DNA of 64,000 nucleotides, taken from NCBI GenBank assembly GCA_030248215.1, contig JASANG010001128.1, positions 62,001 through 126,000 on the forward strand. Reading direction: 5' to 3'. Of the stretch, positions 1-12,000 are shown in pieces. Made by a program: the position numbers and the translations under genes. The notes below the pieces were generated by a model. It was given only the letters and a program-made list of their open reading frames with translations. It did no database searches and was not told where the DNA came from. Positions within the stretch are counted from its first letter, which is position 1; each line of letters starts with the position of its first letter. This DNA comes from Enoplolaimus lenunculus (Eukaryota).

Positions 1-89
1 CAGGTGCAATAACCATTGCTAAGTTTGAAGCAGTCATTTTGTTTTCAGCAGAATATTTTGCTATTTTAGCAAAAAACATTATCAAATAT
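1..89 (-). CDS. RhoGAP exon, partial (YLIMFFAKIAKYSAENKMTASNLAMVIAP)
   Basis: TTTTTAG acceptor; NKMTxxNLA motif; cut by the window edge. Confidence 0.93.
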
Positions 90-3000
90 CTAAAAACACA
101 CAAAATCTCTAAACTAAATTAACATTAAACTTCTCGTACAGTTGCCCCACAGGCTATAATAGGCTTATGCTTACGCTTAGGTTTCAGAATCGACTTTCTG
201 ACTCTGAGAACATCAACCTTTGCGGTAGTTTTTGCCTAAGCCTAAAAGCGTTAGGTTTCAAGTGTACAGATGGTGTATAAGAGCCCAAATTTGTTTGGGT
301 TATTAAGCATTAACCTATGATGAACCAAAAATAATAATCGTACAAATTTTAGCGATGCTATTGGTAAACAACGGCAGCGCTTGTAACCAGGAACTGGTTT
401 GAAGGATTAAGAAGCCTTATTGACGTTGAAAACATAAATTTTTGACCTTAAAATTGTTTTGATGCAATTGAACAACATTTCGTCCTTGGCTGAGACCACA
501 TACCATCTTTTGAAACATCGATCCATGTTACTTTTAAACTGTAAATTGCAATGAGTTGATTAATCAATTCAGCTAGCGAGTTGGTTATTTCTAAATTAAT
601 ATCAGTAACCATTAACTGACTCTGAGTTGAGTTGATGCTCACTCTGAGTTGAGTTGACTCTGGGTGAGTTGCTTAATTATCTCAAAATGAATTGAATCAA
701 CTCAAAATTCTGAGTTCTGATAGTCCTAACTTAGACTGAGTGATTCAACTCATTCTGAGTTAAAATCAACTCATTGAAATACAGTGTAGGACCGTCCCAG
801 TTTTTGGTGGGTCTGTAAAATAGTAGGCTTACATTCTAGACTACATTTTTTTGCTTAGGCTTAGGCGTAGGAATATGCTTTTGCAGCGCTTAGGCTTAGC
901 CTTGGGCTTTAGGAATACGCTTAATCTCTTGTTATGGCCCTACAAGTAACATTGGCCGAAACTTTTAACGAAAAAACAACTAATATGACTCTGGCGGAGT
1001 CGAATTTTGACTCAGTTTGTGTAGTAAGGAAAAGCCTATTTCAAAGAGAGTCAATTTGACTCACTATTTCTTGCAGTGTATCACTCGCTTTGTATAAGCC
1101 ATATACCTTAGTAAACAATTTATGAACTGCGAACGTACTTCAAGTTATCATAATTACATTTCGGCAATTCCTTTACTATTCGCTTCAACGCAGCAACGCG
1201 GTCAGGTCCGTCAACTCTGAACGAATAAACACGACAATACGTCAAAAATAGTAAGAATTATATACACTATAAATTAGCTACTTGTTTCTCGCAATACAAA
1301 AATTTTTGCTTAGGCTTAAAAGAGAAATTTGACAAAAGAATGGACGTTTCAGATGTCTTCTTTTGTTATTTTTGACCCATGTAAACATCAGGGGCGCAAC
1401 GTTATTCTGTAAGACTGGAACGAAATATGCTTATAAAGCTCTCGACTATTTTTTTGCTTAGGCTTACGTTTACGCTTTGGAATATGCTTATACTACAGTT
1501 TATGCCCCTGTTCTACACATTGGCCTTATTTCGTAGCAAACTTAAAGAATTCCTAAAAACGTGTACATACTTAAATGATAGTGTAAACAACGTATATTTC
1601 ATGTTATTAATATCAACTACTTTATATCCGCTTTACGTTTCCGGCATATTATGATTTGTATTCGTTTCCGTTTCCGGTATTTGCTCAAATCGTTTATGTA
1701 CTGGTGACTGAGTACCTCGCTGACATACGGACCTTTGTAATGTTAAGACGAATCAGTATTATAAGCATATTCCTAAGCGTAAGCCTAACCTAAGCGTAAG
1801 GTAAAGCCTAAGCCTAAGCCTAAGCCTAAGTTTAAGAGTAAGAATGAGCATATTTGATAAAAAATATCAAAAACTCAAATGACGCAGTTGTCGTAACCTC
1901 CGTCATAATTAGGCCAATGTAAAGAACAGAGGCGGATCAGTATTATAAGCATATTCCTAAGCGTCAGCCTAAGCCTAAGCGTAAGCCTAAGTCTAAGCCT
2001 AACAAAAAATAGTCTAAAGCTTAGGCTTACTCTATTGCAGTCCCACACTAAACGTTCCGCCCTTGATTTTTACCTGGGCCCATAATTGTAACCATAACCG
2101 TACCGAGTGGTCGATTTTCTGCAGGAGCTTAAAGCCGAAGGCAGGCCTTTGTTTGTAATGATGTTGTAAAACGATTGGATTAAAATTAATTAACATTACC
2201 TTGCGGCAGCAATCCATGCATCATACTTGTCGTATCGCATTACCGGATCCGGAAGTTCACGTAAATACAACATCATTAAACCTAAAATATTTTTCAATTT
2301 CACAAACTAGTTCAAATGAGCCGAAAACAGTAAGTATGAGGCAATAGATTCCGGAAATCCTTATATTATATAATCATGCCCAAGTGATATAAGTTTCTGC
2401 TTTGTTTGATGTTTATTGAAATTTAATTACTTGCACATCGGCACTAGTGGATGCAGGGGACGCAGGGCGTACGTCTTCCCTGTTAGAAATTTTTGGTAAG
2501 GTCCCTACCTTACATTTTTCCTCTCTGATATTTTTTTAAAAAACACAATTTTTCCCGAAGAATTTTTTGTGATAAAATGGTAAGTCCTACCTTACAATTT
2601 TTCGCCCTCGAAAAATTTTTGGCTGATAAAATGATAAGGTCTCTACCTCACAATTTTTGCGCTTCATAACGCTTGCCAGCCCGCGCCCCCAAGACAATAA
2701 TTTTTGGATCCGCCTCTGCATATCAGAGCTTATATATGACCTCGCTTTGCCACACCAGCTTATCACAAATTGACAAAACGTTTCTCGGTTTGGGTACCTG
2801 CTGTTTTAATAAACTAAATCTACTTTAAGCTCTCTAAAATACGTGATATTAAGGTGCAGTCATATTCGTTGATTTTTCATCTTAAAAACGCAACATTTTT
2901 TCACAACATTCCCGTAATGTATAAAAAGGGCCGTAACAGTACACTGCAAAAAATAGTGAGTCAAATTGACTCTCTCCGAAATAGGCTTTTCCTGACTACA

Positions 3001-6000
3001 CAAACTGAGTCAAAATTCGACTCCGCCTGAGTCAAATTCGACTCATTTTCACTGTATCGAGACTCAATTTGTGTAGTGAGGAAAAGCCTATTTCGGAGTG
3101 CGTCAATTTGACTCACCATTTTTGTTGCAGTGTAGTATAAGCATATTTCTAAACCTAAGCTTAAGAATGAGCTTATACCTAAGCCTAAGGCTAAGCTTAA
3201 GTTTACTATCTTGCAGTTCCACAGAAAAAAAGTTCTGCCCAGGATCTTTACAGTCGTCCAACATTAAAACATTTTAAAGTTGTAAAAAAAATTTTTGCCC
3301 TACGAATATCCCTACTTATTCCCTCTGAGCAAAGTTCCACACCATCCCGAACCTGCACTAACCGCTGTGTTGAACGGTTTAAGTCAATTCTACGCATTAG
3401 GAACCAATATTTTATTAGGGTTTTTGAATGCCTGCCCAGCTGCAATCCAAATTTTTTGGATCACCGCTGAATTCAACAAACACTATAATTCTGATGAGTT
3501 GAGTAATCAACTCCGATAGAGAATTAGTTATTAGCGGATATTTCTGAGTTAATAACAGTAAATAACGACTCCATCTGAGCTGATTTATTTCCGGCTGAGT
3601 TGATAAATTAAGTCAGAACGATTTCAATAAATTCAGCATTCTAAAACACCTAATTCAGAGTTCAGACATCTGAGTAGATTCAACTCATTTGGACTTAAAA
3701 TTATCTCACTGGAGTTTACAATGAAAGATAATAGTAATCAATCAGAGTATTTCTCGTCTCTAAAACATTTAAATTGTATACTGCTTAGTTAATTAAAAAT
3801 TGTTTCAAAAACATAAGTACACAATAGCACTTAAAAAGTCAAATTATTTAATTAAATTAAATTATAATTTACCAAAACTCACGCCAGCAAGTCCGAGGGT
3901 GGTGACGCGGTCCTGCCAACGTACAAACTGCTTCGCTCCATACGGCAGGAAATTTTGTCAATTACATTTTAAAATAATTCTATGATCGAATACTTCCTCT
4001 GACCCCTCTGAATAATATCTTTCGCCCATGTATAGAACAGAATCGGATCCTTTTCTGGCGGGGCTATAATAGAGTCAGTTTTAGCTTTAGACTAACTTTT
4101 TTTGCTTAGGCTTAGGCTTAGAAATATGCTCATTCTTACGCTTACGCTTAGGTTTCGGCTTAGACTTAGGAATATGTTCATTCTTACGCTTAGGTTTAGG
4201 CTTAAGAATATGCTTATGCTACTGTTCCGGCCCTGTTCTATACGTTGGCTATATCTTTCCGCTTCCCTTACTTAAAATTTCCTATTATTAGCTGCTTTAA
4301 TAGTACGTTTCTTATAACTTGTAAATACAAAATTACTTACCGGCAATCGCATGTGCGTCGTTGCTTTTTTTGAAATTTCCATATTTTCCGGCATTAATTT
4401 CAGCTTTCCACCGATTTATCACACCCTTGTTGCCCATTATACGAAATAATCCCTTGAAAATACTACACAAAATAATAAACGATTGCGCTGTAAATTTAAG
4501 TGAGTTGATTTTAAAACAGAATGCGTTGAATCAGTCAGTCGGATTTAAAACTATTGAAACTCAAAATTCAGAGTTATTTCAACTCGTTTTGAGCGAAATA
4601 ATCTATACTCACCCGGAATCAAATTCACTCAGAGTGGTAATCAACTCGGAATTTCGAGTTATAATGGCCTTAACTCCGACTGACTGGCTACACTCATTGT
4701 GAGTCCGAGGTCGAACTCATGTTTACTGCTATCTTAAGTTAGTACTCGATAGAGATGTCCCGAGGCCAGGATTTTACCCGGGGCCGGGGCAGGGGCTCGG
4801 GGCCATCGAAATGAAATAAACTTCAAACTTTATGTACACTGTAAATTGCAGTGAGTTGAGTATCAACTCAGCGAGAATTAGTTATTTGTGGTCATTTTTT
4901 TCTAATAGCAGTAAATATCAACTCAGTCTGAGCTTATTTAATTCCGGCTGAATTGTTTAACTCAAGAGCAGCTAAATCAATTTAGAATTCTGAGTTTTGA
5001 AAGTGTTAAATTCAGAGCTCAGGCTACTAGGTGGGTTCAACTGATTCTGAGTTAAAATCAACTCACTGGAATTTACAGCGTGCTTTTTGCGTAAGCATAT
5101 ACCTGGGAGTAAGGTATGGTTTTTATCATATCGCGTCCCGCGACATTTTGCCTACGGTAACGTAATGAATTTACTCTGCTGAGTTTGGATTCTGGCTAAT
5201 TTGTGTCACAGGACATTGTTTTTCTGATACCGGTCATGTATTGGAATTACAGTGTGTTTGTTAAGAACAGGGGCGGAATTGTTAAGCCTAAGCCTAAGCT
5301 TAAGCCTAAGCCAAGCAATTAGTCTAAAGCTTAAGCTTAAGCCAAGCAATTAGTCTAAAGCTTAAGCTTAAGCCAAGCAATTAGTCTAAAGCTTAAGCTT
5401 AAGCCAAGCAATTAGTCTAAAGCTTAAGCTTAAGCCAAGCAATTAGTCTAAAGCTTAAGCTTACACTTTTCTAGTCCCACAGAAAAACGTTCCGCCCCTG
5501 ATGCCAGCAAGCATAGTGAAAAAAGGTATGGTTTGCACTCTATGGTGCAGCCGAATCTTTTAACCCCTTTTCACATAGAGTAGACTTTGAGTAACGTAAT
5601 ACCAATGTGTATAAGTAAATTAACACACAACGGGTTACGTTCAAAAATTACACGCTTATATAAGCCTAAGCCTAAGCCTAAGCCTAAGCCTAAGCCTAAG
5701 CCTAAGCCTAAGCCTAAGCCTAAGCCTAAGCCTAAGCCTAAGCCTGAGACTAAGCCTAAGCCTAAGCCTAAACCTGCGTCTTGAGAATATATCAGGGGGC
5801 AGTGCCTGGATTTTTTCGTCTTGGATCCGCCAGTGAGTCATAGCTGCGCCCCCGCTGTTCTTACCTGCTGTCGTAATCCCAAACACATCAAAGCTTCACA
5901 GCTGTATTCAATAATGTACGCGATATTCCGATTGAAATCGTTCAAATGTTGTTCCAGGGGACGGCCGAAAACCAGCCGACGAGGTTCATGATCTAAAATA

Positions 6001-9000
6001 TATGCGGCATAAAACTTTTAGTTCGAGCAACGAACTCTACCAGTGGCGGATCCAGCATCTCAAAATGGGGGGAGCCAAATTTTACAGGTAATAAACTTAT
6101 TTTTGACCCACACACAAACCACGAACTATTGTCATAAAAATGCTATATAATTTTTGTCGAGATGCTGTTGGGGGGCCACGGCCGGGGTGGCCCCCCAATG
6201 AATCCGCCATTGAACTCTACCTAGGACAAATTCAAACAGACACGTTGCCATCGGTTCAATACACCTGTGACCGGTTCATGCAGCCAGCAGTTACAGTAAA
6301 AGATGAGCATTGAAGAATTTCGCAAGCCAAACCAGCGGAAAGATTAACCACACAGGTCTAAAATATACGTGTCACAGTGAAACATTTACGATTTGACCGT
6401 TGTTTCAAGATGATTATACGATCGTCGCTAGGTTCCCGGCGTCTGCCTTTAAGGTCTGTATTGACCCGAATAAGAGGAGGGGGGTGATAAGAGGGGGTCC
6501 CCATTTTGAATCCGAATCAATAGAAGTCCGTATCCCTAATAAGAGTCCGTAAGCGGATAGTCCCTACGCCCTAATTAGAGTCCATAAATGTCAATTAACC
6601 CTAATTGTAGCGCATAAACGACTCCAGGACCAAATAATTTGAGTTTGAAGCTTTAAAGCGTACGTAAATTTTGAAAGTACATACCTAAGTATAACCTTGT
6701 ATTATCGCTCAAGCAATTGACACAAGACAAATAACCGTTTAATTCAACGGATAACTGTAGTACCGGATATATATCAGTAACGATGGGCTGCGGAGCGTGG
6801 GTTAAAATAAACAACAGTCCATAACCAAATAACAAGGGGGCTTCCCTCTGGAGAAGCGAAATAAATATCAGTTCCCCCTCTTATTCGGGTCGCTACACTA
6901 CGTGTCAAATTTCATAAAGAAACCTCGTGCGCGAAGCCGTCGAGAAACCAGACGTACTTTCAGTATCACCTTGTCTTTGCAAATAATGCAAAATGTTTCT
7001 TGGTTTGCGAATTGCCAGAAAGAATCCCGCCAGACCCCCTCTGGTTACTCGCTTGGATTCAACAGAATGCTGCGCGTATAACTCCACCCCCCCACCGGCC
7101 TTGTCGTGCGACAGGTTTTACTAATAACGATGAATTATTGATTCATATGTAAATTTACTTAGCTAATGGCTTTCAATTTGCAAATAAATTCTTTGCCTGA
7201 TAGGCCCTGTGGCAAAATTATCAAACGTCGCACATTGAGACTTTCTGAAACTTTCAAGGATTTGGTCCGCTTTCTCATGTGAATATTTTGTATTTCGTCT
7301 GAGACCTAATTTCTAACTAAGATTCGAACCCAGGATCTTCGAACAGAAGACGGTTTACAATCATCACTGGAGCTATTGAAGACTGGGCCGGAGCAGCCGC
7401 CCCCTGTACACCCCATATGGAAGGGGCCCACTCCTAAAGGGACCCCACCCAAACTGGTTAAAACAAAAACTACCGAAAGTTAAAAACTCGTCTGGCTTTT
7501 CGCTTGCTTCGCTCGCATGTTTGGGGCTCACACCCTGGAGTTTCGGGGAAGCCCCCACCCTGTATGCTCCGGCACACTTGAACACTGACGTTCGTGCCTG
7601 AGGGTGTTCTCACATCTTGTTAACATTTTCAACCGCTCATACATTTGACATAGGTTTAGCCTTAGGTTAACCAGACAGAACCTTATGGTTAACATGGGCC
7701 AATTGAACGCGTGGATTTGCCTGACTTACCAAAATTGTATGTTATGAATGCCAGATCGTCAGCAATAATCATCTGTTCCTCTGTTTCAATGAATCGTCGA
7801 GGATCAATTAACTAAAAATTCAACAAAAAGCCGCTTATAAGAAGCCAAATAATTTATTAATATCTGGAAATAGTAGCGGCCTAAAGTTTTAATTTCTTGG
7901 AATGATGGCTTTTAAGAAAATTTTCATTTAAAAATTTTAGATATATGTTATTCGACCGATAACTTCACACTGCCTGTAAATCAGTCAAGTGTTTGCAAAG
8001 CATTTCAGATGGTGAGGCGGCTGTCCAGGACGTATATTCTCCTCTGTGTTCACTCGTGAAAATGTATAATATTTTACTGACCATAGTAACCGGTTGAAAT
8101 ATCTAAAACCCCAACATCTTAAAAAAAGGTTACAGATTACGTTATGGTTTTAGTTTCAGTTTGTTTCTGTACTAAACTAAAAAATAACCTAATCTGTAAC
8201 CATTTTTAAGATGTTGGTGTTGAAGATATTGCAATCAACCACATGTGTCCACATCTTCGATGGTACAATTATCGTTGGCCGAAGAGGGTTGGTTGTAATA
8301 TTTTCAGCGCTAACATCTTACAAATAATTACTGATTAGATATATATTTTAGTTAGAAAAAGTACAGAAACAAGCTCGAGCTATGACCGAATAACGAATCA
8401 TTGCCCGTTTTGGCTTTGTTACAGCATCGCTTACCTCTTTAAGCAAATTAGTAATTTCGATTCTTTTCGTGTCTAACACATAAATTTGTATCGCAAGGGC
8501 GTTCTAAAACCAATTGTTAATTTTTTAAGGTCAGATGGCTACGGGACTGTCTCGCTGGCGGTATGGAACTTTTAACATTAAAGCTAATACCTGATCAATT
8601 TTTTTTGCGTGTAACCCTTTCTGACATGAATATTTTCTATCTCATCTGAGACCTACTTTTATGCTAGGATTCGAACTCCAACGACTGGAGTGGAAAGCAT
8701 TTACCATCACCACTCAACTATAGGAGCTTGACGCTCGAGCCCGAGGGGGCTCTCACGTTTAGTGGTGATTTAGTACTATGTGTATGTGTTGCAATTGATA
8801 AACACTGTGCGATATATAGTGTTTAACGTATATACACTGCGCTGAGTTGCCCATAGTCAACTCTGTGTGAGAAGGGATTAATTTTTTTCACTTAGCCGTA
8901 GCGATATTAACTGAAAGATAATTTTTCAGAAGCCTCATGTACTGTTCCGAATTATCAATCGCAGCGTTGTCTCAAAAACTCAACCATTTTCATGTTGTCA

Positions 9001-12000
9001 TGGCTTAAGCTGATCATTCCGTACCCAAATTTGAATTTTTACAAATATTCAAAAAATTCCTAAAATCGATTTATATTTTTTGACAAACGTAAGCCGACGA
9101 AAAAATTAAAAAAACGAAAAAAACGTAAGCAAATATGAATTTTAATCGGTAAAAACCGAATCAGGTTCAGGCCTGTAGCCAGCTCAACTTCCTAGAGAGA
9201 GTGGCTAAAAAATTTTCAGTAGGGGTACTTAAAGCTTTTCAATGACTTACAAAAAAGGTTGAAAATCTTCCAGGGAGACAAAATTTATCCAGGGAGGGCT
9301 GAGCCCCTCCTGCCCCCCTCTTGGCTACTGGCCCGACCAGGGTACAAATTAGTTTTTAATAATCCATTATACGGTGGTATATTTTTGCCAACCGTAGCCT
9401 TCACCGTAGCCCAGCCTCCCCCCAGAGTTCAAAGTACCTTTTTATCTTCGATTTGCATCGAATTATGAAAATTGTGATCAGGATCCCTATAAATTCATAC
9501 AAATAAACTTCAAGTTTACTTCTGTAAACATTAATTTTTGCACGATAACTAAGCCTAAGCCTAAGCCTAAGCCTAAGCCTAAGCCTAAGCCTAAGCCTAA
9601 GCCTAACGAAGGAATAGGGCGGAGTTAGAAGTGTTTTTTCTACGGGTACCACAAGATACATTTATAGCGACGCAGCCAGCGTACAAAACGAGCAAGAAGC
9701 CAAACGTAATTTTAGTATTAAATCTTAACACAACATTTTGCTTTTGATTACCGTAAATAATGACAAAATCAGCGTGAATTCGAATTGACAGCCGACCCTG
9801 TTATCCCAATTACAGGCATTACCATGATTTATATAAAACAGGGGCGGATCAAAATGATAAAAGAAATATATAGCAATTTTATGCCATAAAAATCAACACT
9901 GTATTCGCAAAATACCCTGGTTACGAACAAAAAATACGTTGTGAAAAGCTAACAAACTACATTAATATAATCAGAAAGTTTGCCCATGTTACTTTAAGGG
10001 ACGTCCAGGTTTTTGATGGGTGGATAAAAGAGTAGGTTTGGATTCTAGATTACATTGTTTTGCTTAGGCTTAGGCTTAGGATTAGAAACACATTTTTGCA
10101 AAGCGTAGGCTTTGGCTTAGACGTAGGAATACGCTTAATCTACTGTTTATTCAAGTATTGTGACATTGTTGGCACCAGCAAATACTTCGGTAGGATGTGC
10201 AAGCAAGGTCCAGTTGAGAAAACTCTGAACAACGATTCTGCAGATTATTGCAATTTTAACAATTAACTAATTTGCGTATCAACTCATACAATAAATTGCG
10301 GCGACAAACCAGAAAAGTGCACCTGCAGTCACTTGCCTACTGCATGATTCTCAAGGTACCTTGCAGATTGCGCAGATTTTGCCAAACGCTCAATTTCAGC
10401 ATTTGCCATCAACATTTTCTGAATGTCATCCTGAAAACGCCAAAAAAACTTAGTATTTTAATATCAGGGTGCGTCCGGCTATCAAAACATGACCGGAACC
10501 GAAGCAGGATATTATAATATCTGAGCGGCGCCAATGCCGGAGCCAGAGACAGATAAGGGAATTCAAATCTAATACAAGATGGTATTCAAAGATCAGAACG
10601 TAGCTAACAATTCTTCTTTCCTTGGCTTAAGGTATCCAAAGCGTTTACGTCACAAAGCTTAACCGCTCACACCAATGCGTTTTAACACTTTAACAACGAC
10701 CTTAGTTTGGCCCATGTTCCTTTTAAAGGCATCCAATTGTGATTTTAATCAAAAAACAAAATCAGACACCGACACCATTCAATTCTATTGGGAAGATAGC
10801 GCTTACCTCATAAGTTTGCATCAAATTCGTCAGTTTTATATCTGAATTCTTGTCACTAAAATTTAAATAAAAAAGTGTTTTCCGCTTTCAGTACACTTTC
10901 CGCCACATTTGAGCTGTCGGCTTAAACACACAGGCTCAGGAAGCCATTAGATATAAAGGCTTTACCCTTTCTCACATGAATATTTTCAATTTCATATGAG
11001 ATGTAATTTCAAGGTAAGATTCGATCCCCAGTCTGTCGAGTTGCAGGTGTTTACGATGACCGCGCAGCTGTAGGAGCTTGACGCTCGAGACCGAGGGGGC
11101 TCTAACGTACTGCTTGCAGTGTCTGTGTTGCTCGTATATTACTTGTATTTAGTTGCTCATAGTATACTCTATGAGTTAAAGGGTTAAGGTTAGGCATACA
11201 TAAGCCATTTCCTGAACCTAAGCCTAATCCTAAACATAGGCTTAAACGTAAACATGCTGATTAAGTCAACGCTAAGGGCATCCTAGTGATTACACTTAGT
11301 TTTGAAACTGCGTGTTCTACACGATACTGGAACTGGCCAGGCGCGTATATAATATGAGATAGGACTTATATCCCCAAAACTTGTCCAAAGACTCGAAAAA
11401 GGTACATTTACAAGCCGCAGAACAAACCTGCAGACGTCAAAACATTTTCTCGCTCGCGACTCTCGCTAGCAACATAATTTTTTAGACGTTGTTACTACCT
11501 CCTGTAATATAATCCTAGCTGCGCTCCTGGCACACGCTTCAATGTTTTAGACGTTATTACCTCCTGTAATATAATCCTAGCTGCGCTCCTGGAACACGCT
11601 TCAATGTTTTAGACGTTATTACCTCCTGTAATATAATCCTAGCTGCGATCCTGGTACACGCTTCAGAGTAACATTGGTCGTCGTAATGTGTTTAAAACAT
11701 GTATATCTTCAACGACCAACTGATACAAATAGTTGCCTAAACGTACTCCTAACCAGAAATCCTAAAATTTGTAAAGATTACCTCAAAGCCTATTCATATT
11801 TGTTAGCTGTCCTTCGAAAAAACTGGATCTTCTCTATAAAAACATAAGGGCTTACTTTAAGGACGGAAGTCAAAATATGTCAGATAGGATGTTAACTACA
11901 TTAATTCTCTTCTCGGGCCCGTAGCCAGAGGGGACCAGGGACTGCTGAGCCCCTCCCCTAGCAAATTGTGCCATCACCTGAACTCTGCTTTCGATATTGT

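Noticed and set aside
3883..3956. Minus-strand KQFVR segment as a RhoGAP exon
   Set aside because: No good phase-1 acceptor, and exon 2200-2281 supplies the YLRELPDP motif
6905..7087. ORF with ILHYLQRQGDTE as a RhoGAP exon
   Set aside because: Phase does not fit, and exon 5865-5992 supplies this part of the domain with canonical sites
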